Shown in pieces: positions 38,391-48,602 of a DNA stretch of 64,000 nucleotides. Below the pieces are notes generated by a model. That model was not told the DNA's origin. It saw only the letters and a list, made by a program, of their open reading frames with translations, and did not search any database. A program made the position numbers and the translations under genes. Every line of letters starts with the position of its first letter. Within the stretch, counting starts at the first letter, position 1. This DNA comes from Candidatus Poribacteria bacterium. Lineage in GTDB: Bacteria; Poribacteria; WGA-4E; WGA-3G. The stretch covers positions 2,784,001 to 2,848,000 of the forward strand of contig OZ244048.1 in the NCBI GenBank assembly GCA_965215265.1. The letters run 5' to 3'.

Positions 38391-39221
38391 ATGGCAAATT
38401 CACTCTTCCGTTTATCTGCGCCTTCATCAACAGATATTGATTCCTTTCATAAGGACGGCTACATCGCGTATCGTGACGTTCTCACCGATGAGGCTAGGGA
38501 AGGTCTGATTGATGAAATTCTGCACCGTTTTGAACCGACGCGCCGATACATCAAAACGTTGGAACAAGTACCTGACCCGCCGCGCGCCTATTTCATTCGG
38601 CCGTGGAACGAACGGCGTGAGTACAGCGATGGACTGATCGACGATGTGTTCATCACATCCCTGCTATGTGCTACTATCGGTGCCGATTACCACTTCTGTC
38701 ACTCCGCGCTCAACATCGCGCCGCGCGGCATCGGTCCAATTCCGTATCATCAAGATCATCATCATTGGAAGCACGAAAACCCGGTTAACCTTGCCGAACG
38801 CGACAAGTACTATGTGCAGATTCTCTACTACCCTAACGGCTTTACGCTCGGAGACCGGAATCTCAAAGTGATACCGGGCAGCCATAAAGTTGCGCCCACG
38901 AAAGAAGCGACCCCGGAACGGATGCTTGCCGGTGAATTCGACGAAGAGGTGGGTCGTAAATTAGAAGAGAAACGGCTCGAATTACCACCGGGGAGTATGG
39001 TTTACATAGACGCACGCATCTTTCATGCCGTCGAGCCGAAGCCGGTTGATTCTCCACAACCTTACCGCCTTTTCACCATCGACATCTTCAAAGAGGTAGG
39101 CCCTCCGCACCGTTATACACAGGAGATCCCCGCAGAATGGATGGAGCGTGCTACACCGGAACGGTTGAAGCTGTTTCAACGTGAGGCGTATACGGAAGGG
39201 TGTTGGAATCCAATATCATAG
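38391..39221 (+). CDS. phytanoyl-CoA dioxygenase (PhyH) family
   Basis: FHKDGY, YHQD, VIPGSH and IFHA motifs. Confidence 0.88.
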   Translation: MANSLFRLSAPSSTDIDSFHKDGYIAYRDVLTDEAREGLIDEILHRFEPTRRYIKTLEQVPDPPRAYFIRPWNERREYSDGLIDDVFITSLLCATIGADYHFCHSALNIAPRGIGPIPYHQDHHHWKHENPVNLAERDKYYVQILYYPNGFTLGDRNLKVIPGSHKVAPTKEATPERMLAGEFDEEVGRKLEEKRLELPPGSMVYIDARIFHAVEPKPVDSPQPYRLFTIDIFKEVGPPHRYTQEIPAEWMERATPERLKLFQREAYTEGCWNPIS

Positions 39222-39596
39222 GTGTCACTTTAGGACACATTTGTGTCTATCATTTGAATTTCTCATAAGAGCAGCAGTCTAACACATCTCAAAGAAAATG
39301 TCCATATATTTTTAGGGTTTACTATAAGCCTCTTGTAAAGGAATATCCAATGCTGGATATAATAATCTGGGTCTAGAACGGGTTTGACACCGGCGAGGAC
39401 GTTGAGTTGGGTTCCGTTATTCCTATTTTTAGGAATTGTTTGGGCAACTCTCTTCCACTTGTCCGCTGTGACAGCTCTGTATCCGCTAGCACAATGAGCT
39501 GCCGACGATACACCCCGCCCTAGGGGGTTATCCCGGAGCATCTCTCCGGGGCGTTCATGAATTCACCGTGTTTTTCGGTGTTTTCGTATCAAGATA

Positions 39597-40280
39597 TTAT
39601 TGTTCGGCTTTCCAAGCGTTGTAGGTATCCCCATGGATGTGATGAAACTCTCGCCAAGACGAAATGCCGTATTTTGCCAAGAGGGCCGAAAGTTCATTAG
39701 AAAGGCGCTGGCGTTCGTCTTGAAGTTCGAAAGTTTGCTCTTTTACACTCTCTTTCCACGCGTGTATTTCATCAATTTCAGCATGCAACGCTTGTCGCTC
39801 CGGACCATCGGCAGAAACAGGCAATTCACGTAAAAGAATGTCTCTTATCCGGTCGCTGCCCCAATGGTGTCTGTCAATTAGTGGACCGAGAACCTTAGAA
39901 ACTTCACTTATTGCCTCCTGAAGCGGTGCGTATTCTGAAAAGAGGGCTTCTAGTTCTGGGGAAAGTCCAGCCGCCTCCGGTTCTTGTATCTGTTCAACAA
40001 TCTCATCTTCAAAAACCGAGTCAGTCGTTTCGGTGTCTCTGATTTTTTCCGGTACAGCTGCGGGTGTTTCGTGTATGTCTTCCAACACCTCGACTTCCGG
40101 TTCATCAGGTGCAAGGTTTTCGGGTTTTTCGGCGTGCGTGGGCACTTTATTTACGTGCTGCGTGGGGGCTGGGAGTTTGGGCAGGCTTTCTTCAAACTGC
40201 CTTTTTTCACGTTCTAAGAAGAGCACCCAGCCTACTAACATCAGCACAAAGACAATACCTCCTAAAATGAGTTTTCGCAT
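39597..40280 (-). CDS. hypothetical N-terminally membrane-anchored protein, paralogous in its N-terminus to 1188..1883
   Basis: AGGAG RBS before MRKLILGGIVFVLMLVGWVLFL; acidic linker; coiled C-terminus. Confidence 0.7.
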   Translation of the reverse strand: MRKLILGGIVFVLMLVGWVLFLEREKRQFEESLPKLPAPTQHVNKVPTHAEKPENLAPDEPEVEVLEDIHETPAAVPEKIRDTETTDSVFEDEIVEQIQEPEAAGLSPELEALFSEYAPLQEAISEVSKVLGPLIDRHHWGSDRIRDILLRELPVSADGPERQALHAEIDEIHAWKESVKEQTFELQDERQRLSNELSALLAKYGISSWREFHHIHGDTYNAWKAEQ

Positions 40281-40404
40281 GGAGAATCTCCTGTTTTTTG
40301 TCAACGGTAGCGATAAGGGTGCCTTGGTGTGAAAGGACTTATCCCCATCTCGCCAGAGCCACTTTGGCCAAGGTGCCTCCGATGGGGCTGCACCCCAAAG
40401 AAAC

Positions 40405-41190
40405 CTAATCTTTATCCTTTGCACATCGGAAACCGAGGGTATAGTACCGGTGGATTGGCACGGCACGCTCTCGGAACGTGGATCGGAGTTGCAACCGGGT
40501 AGCATTCCACCCGCCGCCGCGATGTGCCTTCTTTTCGCCGTCGCCATCGGCACACCACTCGGCGACGCTCCCCGCCATATCCAAGGCACCATACGGACTC
40601 GCACCTGTCGGGAAGCTGCCCACGGGCAAAAGCTTCTGATGATGTGGGAAGTAGTTGAGTTTAGAAAAGTCAAACTCATTCCCCCACGGGTAGAGGCGTG
40701 CGTCGGTGCCTCGAGCCGCTTTCTCCCACTCCGCTTCGGTAGGGAGCCGTTTCCCTGCCCATTTGGCGTAAGCCGCTGCCTCATACCAACTCACACCGAT
40801 GACGGGATGGTCTGGGGCGGTAGAGACACTATTTCTCCCAAACGCGAGTGGTTTGTCTACGCGATATGTTTGCTTGCCGGGGTGGACATAGTAAAACCGT
40901 TTTTTCTGTATGAAATCCCACCCGGCCTTCGTCCAATACTTCCGTTTGTTGTAGCCGTCGGCTTGGATGAACGCCTCAAATTGAGCATTGGTGACTTCCT
41001 GCTTGTCAATATAGAAAGCATCCACGTGAACTTTGCGTGCAGGTTGTTGGTTAGGCGGTGCTTGCGACTCATCGGTTCCCATCGTAAACTCGCCTGCAGG
41101 CACCAGCACCATGCCTTTTGGGGGTTCACTCACCGCAAGCCCTGGTGCCATCATTATCAATAGAAAAAGGATTCTCCGTTTCATTATCAA
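40405..41190 (-). CDS. exported FGE/SUMF1-like (CLec-fold) domain protein
   Basis: MVLVPAGEFTMG, EVTNAQF, RLPTEAEWEKAARG and GFRCA motifs; signal peptide. Confidence 0.88.
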   Translation of the reverse strand: MIMKRRILFLLIMMAPGLAVSEPPKGMVLVPAGEFTMGTDESQAPPNQQPARKVHVDAFYIDKQEVTNAQFEAFIQADGYNKRKYWTKAGWDFIQKKRFYYVHPGKQTYRVDKPLAFGRNSVSTAPDHPVIGVSWYEAAAYAKWAGKRLPTEAEWEKAARGTDARLYPWGNEFDFSKLNYFPHHQKLLPVGSFPTGASPYGALDMAGSVAEWCADGDGEKKAHRGGGWNATRLQLRSTFRERAVPIHRYYTLGFRCAKDKD

Positions 41191-41273
41191 ACTCCTTTTG
41201 CATACATTGTGCCACTTTCAGTAAAAACCTTAGAAAAATCTGAAAACGGTTGCTTACCCGACTCCGTTAGTAA

Positions 41274-42680
41274 TTATTTCAACCCGGATTGATAGTAAGT
41301 TCTTTCCCGATTTGCATATATGTCATGAGCGTGTAATCTTTCAAATGGAATACTGCCACCTCCTTCGGCGACGAGGAAATGATTTCCATCCACATAGGCG
41401 ATGGCAGGGAGAGGCACCTTTTTCCACCTTAGTACATTCACATTCGCTTTAACGCCTATTGGGGCGAGGTTCTTGAAAGTCGCCGCCCGTTTCAGCCCAA
41501 GCATCGTTGTGCCGCGGTTCGGGTGAAAACCCGTTAATGAAAGCAATTCGCTGATATCGCTTTGAACGTTTAGGAGTTCGCAAACTTTCAGCAGGCTTTG
41601 CGGTCCGCATAGCAGGAGAAGTGCGTCTGTCTCAGTTGGAGGAGACATCCCAGAATCCGGCAGCGTTTTGGGTAGAGGCCCCCGGCGGCGGGGTTGATAA
41701 TAGAAATCTTGGTCAATATCAAAAAAGTTTTCTGGGAACGCCACGTTAAACTGCGCATTTATGATTTCAATACGGAATTCAGCTCGGAGGCTCCCGTCTC
41801 TATAGCGGGAGATTTCACTGACTTTCGGGAACCAGACATCTCCGAACTGTTCAAACTGTTTATAGACGTGACGAGACATAAGGGGCCCGTCTGGACTCTC
41901 TCGGGTTTCGGTTTTGCGTACCCTGAAATGTTTGTCCGAAATCTAGACCCATAAGCGGTGAATGAACTTGTGCTTGCTTGTACATTCAAGGACATGACAA
42001 GGGGTACCGTCTACGGTTTCGTCTCCTATGTATTTCGTTTCCGGCGGGACAGAGATACCGGAGCGGCCTAAGTAGTAAAAATCCCAGAAAGCGAAGTGCT
42101 CCCTACTGGTGCTGAAAAACTGAACTGATTGGCGTGGTGCCGTGGGGTACACGGCATTCCCAATAGTCTGTTTCACCTGTTTTTTAGAGTCGTGGGAGAA
42201 GATGAAAAACGTGCTATTTTGTGAACGTAGTGCGTGCTGGCTGTCAAGTGAGAGCCCTTCTACTTCCTGCTGGGTGAGTTTGTATTGATACAACCGCGGG
42301 GAATTTCTTGAAAGTAGCCGAAAGAGGGAGGTAGCGTGGTAAATTGTTATGTACTCGCGGGAACTGTTCGCTTGAAACTCAAGCAGCGGTTCAAGGTATT
42401 CTTCTTCAAACTCTTTAGGTCCGATGTCAGGAAAAGAGGGATGAGGTTTAAACCTTTCCAATTCTCTTTTTCGTTCTGCTTTTATCCAGTCCTCAATTTC
42501 TTTCTCTGTTTGTCCGAAATAATGTTTGTCGGTAACGAGGGCACGCACTTCGCCGCTCTGAATAGTACGGTTTGCATGATTCAGTCCGCGAATCAGCACG
42601 GCTATGTTGAGTTCTTCGGCAGCGCATAAGGCGCTGAGGCAAGTGAGTGTAAAAAGAAAAACAAAAGTAGGTTTCGACAT
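41274..42680 (-). pseudogene. exported LolA-like + peptidase C39 protein, interrupted by in-frame TAG and truncated at the 3' end
   Basis: ORFs 41943..42680 and 41274..41879 share a frame and are separated by one TAG. Motifs GDETVDGTPCHVLE and DVWFPK; C39 motifs LCGPQSL, GTTMLGL and NHFLV. Confidence 0.7.
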
Positions 42681-43088
42681 GTGTCTCGTATCTCCTTTGA
42701 AGAAAAATGGTGGTATTCTCCTTATCCCAAATTATACCACTTCAGTGGATTATTATCTATAACCCTCTAAAAATCATCGCGTGTTCCGAATTTTTACGCA
42801 CTTATACTCTTAAGTCTTACAAGTGGGTAAAAACGTATCAAAAAAATGAGGGTTTGCCAAATTAGGTTGATGAAACGGCGATAGTCTGACCCCGGTAGAT
42901 GCGCGAGCGTTTAACCATTGAAAGACTGAGTGGGCATTAAAACACAATTCGGTTGATTGAAATTAGGAACTGTGGTAAATTGATTAGAGAGACATGCAGG
43001 TTTCAATTGCTATTGTAGAATTGAGGCACTGCTTAGAATTTGATTATTATAGTATCAGAAAATACGCTTTCAAAGCAACAACAAAATT

Positions 43089-44693
43089 ATGAACCCTTTA
43101 AATCGTCCGAACATTCTTTGGATCTCTTTAGAAGATACGACACCTCGTTTCGGTTGCTACGGCGATCGGGTCGCGCGCACGCCGAACATTGATCGGCTCG
43201 CTGCAGGGGGGTGCCGGTTTCCGAATGCCTTTTCGACAGCCGGTGTCTGTGCGCCGAGTCGCTCTGCAATTATTACCGGCATGTATCAGACCTCCATCGG
43301 TACGCATCACATGCGAACGACGCATACGAACCAGAATACACCGGAAATGCCAACTCCGTATTCTGCAGTGCCGCCGCCGTATGTCAAAACGTTCACAGAA
43401 TACCTGCGTGGTGTGGGCTACTACTGCACGAATAACAGTAAGACTGATTATCAGTTTACGCCACCGATGACGGCATGGGATGACTGTAGCAATACCGGCC
43501 ATTGGCGGAACCGCGAACCGGGGCAACCGTTCTTTTCCGTCTTTAACCCGACAGTGACGCACGAAAGCGGCATGTGGGAACGAGAAAACAGGGAATTAAC
43601 CACCAATCCTGATGATGTGCAGTTACCGCCCTATCTACCGGACACGCCGAAGGCCCGTGCTGCCTTGGCACGCCACTACGATAACCTCGCCACTGCCGAT
43701 GCCCGTGTCGGAGAACTGTTGGCTCAGCTGGAAGAAGATGGACTCGCCGAAAATACCATCGTTTTCCTATGGAGCGACCATGGTGAAGGACTTCCACGCG
43801 GGAAGCGGTGGCCCTATGATGCCGGCATTCGGATTCCGTTAATTATACGGTGGCCGGGTGAATTGCAAGGCAGCCGTGTGAGTGAACAACTCGTCAGCCT
43901 CATCGATCTTGGGCCCACGGTACTGTCGTTGTGTGGCGTACAAGTACCGCAACATTTACAAGGGCAGCCGTTCCTTGGTCCAGAGGCGAGGGAACGTGAC
44001 TATATCTTCGCGACGCGTGACCGGTACGATGAGTCTTACGATATGGTGCGTGCCGTACGAGACAAACGGTATAAATACATCCGCAATTACTATCCAGAGA
44101 AACCTTATCTCCTCTGGATCCCGTACCGCAACCGGCACCCCGTGATGCAGGAGATGTGGCGGCTGTACGCTGAGGATAAACTGGAGGGGCACCAACGAGT
44201 TATGTTCCAGTCACCACGGCCGGCTGAAGAACTTTATGACATCGAAAAAGACTGGTACGAACTCAATAACTTGGCAGCGGACCCGGGGCATCAAGAAGTA
44301 CTGGAACGGATGCGCCGCACGCTCACACAGTGGCAAACAGAATTCGGCGACATGGGAGATATACCCGAGGCGCAGATGGTGGCACGGTGGTATCCAGATG
44401 GCACACAACCACAAACAGCCGCTCCACTCTTTATTCCGATTCATGCAACTCAGCCAGGCATAGAGGTTGTGGTTAAGGATGGGCGCTGGGAGGGACCGCT
44501 CTTGTTACAACTTCACTGCTCCACACAAGGTGCCTCTATAACCTATACTACAGAGCAGGGCGAAGATGCACATTGGAGATTATACACGGAACCTTTGCAG
44601 CTACCGACAGGGAAAACCCCCGTGCGTGCTAAAGCGATTCGCATCGGCTACCGGGACAGTGAAGAAAAAATGTTGACCTTCGATGTCTTGTAG
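43089..44693 (+). CDS. sulfatase (Cys-type) with C-terminal FN3/chitobiase-like domain
   Basis: RPNILWI, CAPSRSAIITG and SDHG motifs; terminal GASITYTT...YTEP...RAKAIRIGY. Confidence 0.92.
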   Translation: MNPLNRPNILWISLEDTTPRFGCYGDRVARTPNIDRLAAGGCRFPNAFSTAGVCAPSRSAIITGMYQTSIGTHHMRTTHTNQNTPEMPTPYSAVPPPYVKTFTEYLRGVGYYCTNNSKTDYQFTPPMTAWDDCSNTGHWRNREPGQPFFSVFNPTVTHESGMWERENRELTTNPDDVQLPPYLPDTPKARAALARHYDNLATADARVGELLAQLEEDGLAENTIVFLWSDHGEGLPRGKRWPYDAGIRIPLIIRWPGELQGSRVSEQLVSLIDLGPTVLSLCGVQVPQHLQGQPFLGPEARERDYIFATRDRYDESYDMVRAVRDKRYKYIRNYYPEKPYLLWIPYRNRHPVMQEMWRLYAEDKLEGHQRVMFQSPRPAEELYDIEKDWYELNNLAADPGHQEVLERMRRTLTQWQTEFGDMGDIPEAQMVARWYPDGTQPQTAAPLFIPIHATQPGIEVVVKDGRWEGPLLLQLHCSTQGASITYTTEQGEDAHWRLYTEPLQLPTGKTPVRAKAIRIGYRDSEEKMLTFDVL

Positions 44694-44763
44694 CGCCGAA
44701 GTTCACAAGATATTAATAACTACCCGAGAAATCTCGAATTCCCTCAAACAGGAGGACAATTAG

Positions 44764-45849
44764 ATGGCTCAAGATTATTTTGTTTATATTGGCACTTATA
44801 CACATGGTGAAAGCGAAGGGATTTACGTCTACCGTTTAGATGGTGCGAGTGGCGAATTAGAATATTCCAGCAAGATAATAGGTGTGGAAAACCCTTCCTT
44901 CTTAGAAATTCATCCGAGTGGGCGTTACCTCTATACAGTTAACGAGTTAAACGAATTTGAAGGCAAATCGAGCGGTGCTGTGACAGCGTTTTACATTCAT
45001 AAAGAGACAGGTGAGCTCAGTTTCCTCAACCAACGCGCGAGCGGCGGTGGTGCGCCGTGCCATCTCAGTGCCGATGCAACCGGCAAATCTCTGCTCGTGG
45101 CAAATTACGGCGGAGGAAGTGTTTCTGCGTTCCCCATCGGATCAGATGGTAGACTTGGTGAAGCTTCGGACTTTGTTCAGCATCAAGGTTCAAGCGTTAA
45201 CCTACAACGCCAGCGAGAGCCACACGCACACGCGATTATGATTGACGCAGGCAACCGTTATGCGTTTGCTCCCGACCTTGGTTTGGATAGAATCTTAATT
45301 TACGAGTTAGATAGTGAGAATGGGAAACTCGTTCCGAACAGCCAACCGTGGGTTCGCGTTCATCCAGGGGCAGGACCGCGCCACTTCGATTTCCATCCGA
45401 ATGGCAAACATGCGTACGTGATTAACGAGCTGGACTCAACCTTCACCGCCTTTAGGTATGATGCAGATATTGGAACGCTCACTGAAATCCAGACGCTATC
45501 GACGCTTCCAGATGACTTTGAAGGCACTAGCCACTGTGCAGATGTGCACGTTCATCCTTCTGGGAGATTTCTCTACGGCTCAAACCGTGGGCATGATAGC
45601 ATTGCAATCTGCACGATTGATGAAGGAACCGGGATGCTAAACGCGATCGGCTACGAATCGACACAAGGCAAAACCCCCCGTAACTTTGGCCTGAATCCGG
45701 AAGGCAAGTTCCTCTTCGCCGCCAACCAACAGACAGATACGGTTGTCACCTTTGCCATTAACACAGAGAGCGGGGAGCTCACGGCAACGGGGCATATCAC
45801 AGAAGTGCCGACTCCGGTCTGTTTGAAATTCTTAGCGTGTGATTCGTAG
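44764..45849 (+). CDS. pgl: 6-phosphogluconolactonase (beta-propeller lactonase)
   Basis: YIGTYT, NPSFL, ANYGGG, HAH, PDLGLD, GAGPRH and SNRGHDSI motifs. Confidence 0.88.
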   Translation: MAQDYFVYIGTYTHGESEGIYVYRLDGASGELEYSSKIIGVENPSFLEIHPSGRYLYTVNELNEFEGKSSGAVTAFYIHKETGELSFLNQRASGGGAPCHLSADATGKSLLVANYGGGSVSAFPIGSDGRLGEASDFVQHQGSSVNLQRQREPHAHAIMIDAGNRYAFAPDLGLDRILIYELDSENGKLVPNSQPWVRVHPGAGPRHFDFHPNGKHAYVINELDSTFTAFRYDADIGTLTEIQTLSTLPDDFEGTSHCADVHVHPSGRFLYGSNRGHDSIAICTIDEGTGMLNAIGYESTQGKTPRNFGLNPEGKFLFAANQQTDTVVTFAINTESGELTATGHITEVPTPVCLKFLACDS

Positions 45850-45860
45850 TGATTTATCTG

Positions 45861-47459
45861 CTATTGCCGCTGCTGTCTCCGTTTCTCTTGCAGCTCATCC
45901 CAGGGGTAGATGAAACACCGTTCGGCCCAGTCTTGGTAAAGTGCAATAAGTTGTTTTAATTTCTGTGGATGCTGGGCGGCGAGGTTATTAATCTCTGTCC
46001 GCTCTGCCTCTATATCGTAGAGCTCCCAATCCCCAGGGTATCTACAGACGAGTTTCCACTGCGCTTGTCGAACAGCACAGTTGCCCTCGTGCTCCCAATA
46101 AAGTGCCTCTTTACCGTTGTCTTTTGCATCAAAAATTGGGGTTAAACTCGTTCCCTCTAGCGGCAAAATCGGGTTTCCGTTGTGTTCTTCAGGATAAGAT
46201 GCGCCGGAAACGTCAAGGCATGTCGCCATGATATCCGGAAGTTGTCCGGGTTGATGTCGGAGTTCTCCGGTGGCTTTGATGGCTGCTGGCCAGTGTGCGA
46301 TGAGCGGGGTAGCGATGCCGCCTTCGTGGACCCAATGCTTATACTCGCGGAAGGGCGTATTAGACAGATTCGCCCAGGGTACACCGTAACTCTGATAGGT
46401 AGTTTCGGGCCCGGGCATAATGCTTGGGTCGTTGCCACGGTAGACAGGCTTTCCATCAGAGGTTGTTTGTGTGCTGATCAGCGAACCTGCGTCGCGTCGG
46501 GCGGGCGGTCCGCCGAGTTCCTCTGCACAACCCCCGTTATCGGCTAAAAACAGAATGAGCGTGTTGTCAAGCTGCCCAGTTTGTTCAAGAGTGTTGATAA
46601 TACGTCCAATGCCTGCATCCATGCGTGTGATTTGCGCGGAGTAAACTTCCATTCGGCGTTGATTCCACGTTTTGTACTGCGCCTCGGTCCACGGCGGTTG
46701 AGATGTGTCGCGAGGTGTCAATTGCCATGCCTGGTCTAGAATTTTCATTTCGCGCATGCGTGAGAGCCGCTCTTCGCGCAGTTCATCCCACCCGGTGGCA
46801 AACCGTCCGTGGTATCGGGCGATGTCCTCCTCATGAGCGTGCAGTGGCCAATGCGGTGCCGTATAAGCCACATAGGTGAAAAACGGATCTTCCGTTTTTT
46901 TCTCCGTATGTTGCCGAATAAACGTCGAGGCTTCGTCACTGATAGCATCGGTTAGGAAATATCCGTCAGGGAGTTCATCGTTCTGGATACGTATGTTATC
47001 GCGTGTTAAGGTATGCGGCTTCCAAAAATTCGCGGCCCCTGTGATAATGCCGTAGTACCGGTCAAAACCGCGTTGGCATGGCCAACTGTGCTTCGGGCCA
47101 TCTGGGCCGGTATGTCGTGAGATATGCCACTTACCGCTCATGTAGGTGCCGCAGCCTTCTGCACGTAGTACATCTGCAATAGTAATACATCGGTGGTTCA
47201 AGTCGCCGCGGTAGCCTTCCAAACCGTCGTCGCTCATCATGTGGCCGACACCGGTTTGATGTGGATGGAGTCCGGTGAGCAGAGATGCCCGGGATGGGCA
47301 GCACCGAGCGGTATTGTAAAACTGGGTGAACCGCAACCCCCCTGCAGCGAGCCGGTCAAGATGCGGTGTATGAACTTCGCCGCCATAACACCCTAAGTCG
47401 GAGAAACCCATATCGTCATTGAGAATAAGCAGGATGTTAGGTTTTCTATTTTCAGTCAT
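45861..47459 (-). CDS. arylsulfatase (Cys-type)
   Basis: DDMGFSDLGCYGGE, CCPSRASLLTG, GKWH and APHWPLHA motifs. Confidence 0.93.
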   Translation of the reverse strand: MTENRKPNILLILNDDMGFSDLGCYGGEVHTPHLDRLAAGGLRFTQFYNTARCCPSRASLLTGLHPHQTGVGHMMSDDGLEGYRGDLNHRCITIADVLRAEGCGTYMSGKWHISRHTGPDGPKHSWPCQRGFDRYYGIITGAANFWKPHTLTRDNIRIQNDELPDGYFLTDAISDEASTFIRQHTEKKTEDPFFTYVAYTAPHWPLHAHEEDIARYHGRFATGWDELREERLSRMREMKILDQAWQLTPRDTSQPPWTEAQYKTWNQRRMEVYSAQITRMDAGIGRIINTLEQTGQLDNTLILFLADNGGCAEELGGPPARRDAGSLISTQTTSDGKPVYRGNDPSIMPGPETTYQSYGVPWANLSNTPFREYKHWVHEGGIATPLIAHWPAAIKATGELRHQPGQLPDIMATCLDVSGASYPEEHNGNPILPLEGTSLTPIFDAKDNGKEALYWEHEGNCAVRQAQWKLVCRYPGDWELYDIEAERTEINNLAAQHPQKLKQLIALYQDWAERCFIYPWDELQEKRRQQRQ

Positions 47460-47723
47460 AATTAGAAATTTGCTCCTCTGATTGGGGATATAGTGAATTA
47501 GAAAAATACAACTCGCGAGCCCGGTTTAGTGAGCGCACTGCTCACGAAAGATGCATTGCCGGCGGACAGCGCCCACCTCCAAGTTCTGGCGACCAGGCCC
47601 TGTGGTGCGGCAGAGGCATAGGGATGCTTTGCCTGCTCTTACCGGTGCCGCTGCCTCTGAAAGCATGGTACGCGAACGGATAGCATGTATGTATCGATAA
47701 TTCTACAAACCACTATAAAGGAA

Positions 47724-47751
47724 ATTATACACGAAATTCGCCCTATGTCAA
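47724..47751 (-). promoter_or_regulatory. sigma70 promoter about 260 nt upstream of the sulfatase
   Basis: TTGACA-16-TATAAT on the minus strand. Confidence 0.55.
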
Positions 47752-47844
47752 CTGTTTTTTGTTGAAAAAATTCATCTTGCGTTAGGAAAAATTTTATGTT
47801 ATAATCTGAAAATGTAAAGAAATAATTAATTAGAGGTAAAGGTT

Positions 47845-48447
47845 ATGATACCGAATTTGATTACACTTTTTCGCCTCGTTTTAGTGTTCGTTGTGATTGC
47901 GCTCTTTGGCAAACACGTCTATTTAGACATTTGCCTTGTTGCAACAATCGGGTTGATTCTGTTCCTCGATGCGGTTGACGGTTATGTCGCGAGGAAACTC
48001 AATCAGACATCGGATTTCGGTGCCCTCTTCGATATCGTGGGTGATAGGATAGTCGAATGTATTTTCTGGGTTTATTTCGCCGTTGTTGGGCTGATTCCGT
48101 TCTGGATTCCGGTTATTGTGATTGCCCGTGGATTTTTTACAGACGGACTGCGCAGTGTGGCATTTGCCAATGGAAAAACGGCATTCGGTGAAAAGAGTAT
48201 GATGTCCTCCGCGTGGACACGCGCGCTGACGAGTTCCCGTGCGAGCCGGAGCATCTATGGTATCTCGAAAACCGTTGCTTTTATCTATCTAGGCGGGATA
48301 ATTACGTTCAAAAATTTCGGTGCCTATCCGGAATTAGTTGTCGGCTTAGAACTGGCAGGTGTGATTATTTCTGCTATCGCAGTTGCGATGTGTTTAATTC
48401 GCGGGCTCCCTGTTCTGGTTGATGGCTGGAAATACGTCAAGGGGTAA
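47845..48447 (+). CDS. CDP-alcohol phosphatidyltransferase (PgsA-like)
   Basis: PNLITLFR and DAVDGYVAR...SDFGALFDIVGDR motifs. Confidence 0.9.
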   Translation: MIPNLITLFRLVLVFVVIALFGKHVYLDICLVATIGLILFLDAVDGYVARKLNQTSDFGALFDIVGDRIVECIFWVYFAVVGLIPFWIPVIVIARGFFTDGLRSVAFANGKTAFGEKSMMSSAWTRALTSSRASRSIYGISKTVAFIYLGGIITFKNFGAYPELVVGLELAGVIISAIAVAMCLIRGLPVLVDGWKYVKG

Positions 48448-48602
48448 AACAGTATAGAGATTGGGGAATTGTTCTGTTCGGACGGCGCTCGGATAGGGCG
48501 TTGATACTGATGCAGACTCTGCTGGACCAAAAAGGCTGAGGTAGACAATTTTCCGTTTTCCGTAGTGTGCCATCCTAAGCAATTTGGGCTAACTCTTCTT
48601 TT

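Noticed and set aside
39263-39541. Possible IS5-like transposase remnant (VTADKWKRVAQTIP)
   Set aside because: Resemblance is too weak; no DDE motif or terminal inverted repeats seen.
40281-40784. Long N-terminal extension of ORF 39597..40784
   Set aside because: It overlaps the FGE-like gene in another frame; the RBS supports the start at 40280.
40405-41190. DGR target or true sulfatase-maturing FGE
   Set aside because: No template repeat or reverse transcriptase in the window, and the FGE catalytic cysteines are absent.
47520-47665. Lysine riboswitch (AGAGG..AAGAG..GCC.GAA..CTGTC fragments)
   Set aside because: Motifs are incomplete and poorly spaced, and the downstream gene is unrelated to lysine; kept only as an unknown structured element.
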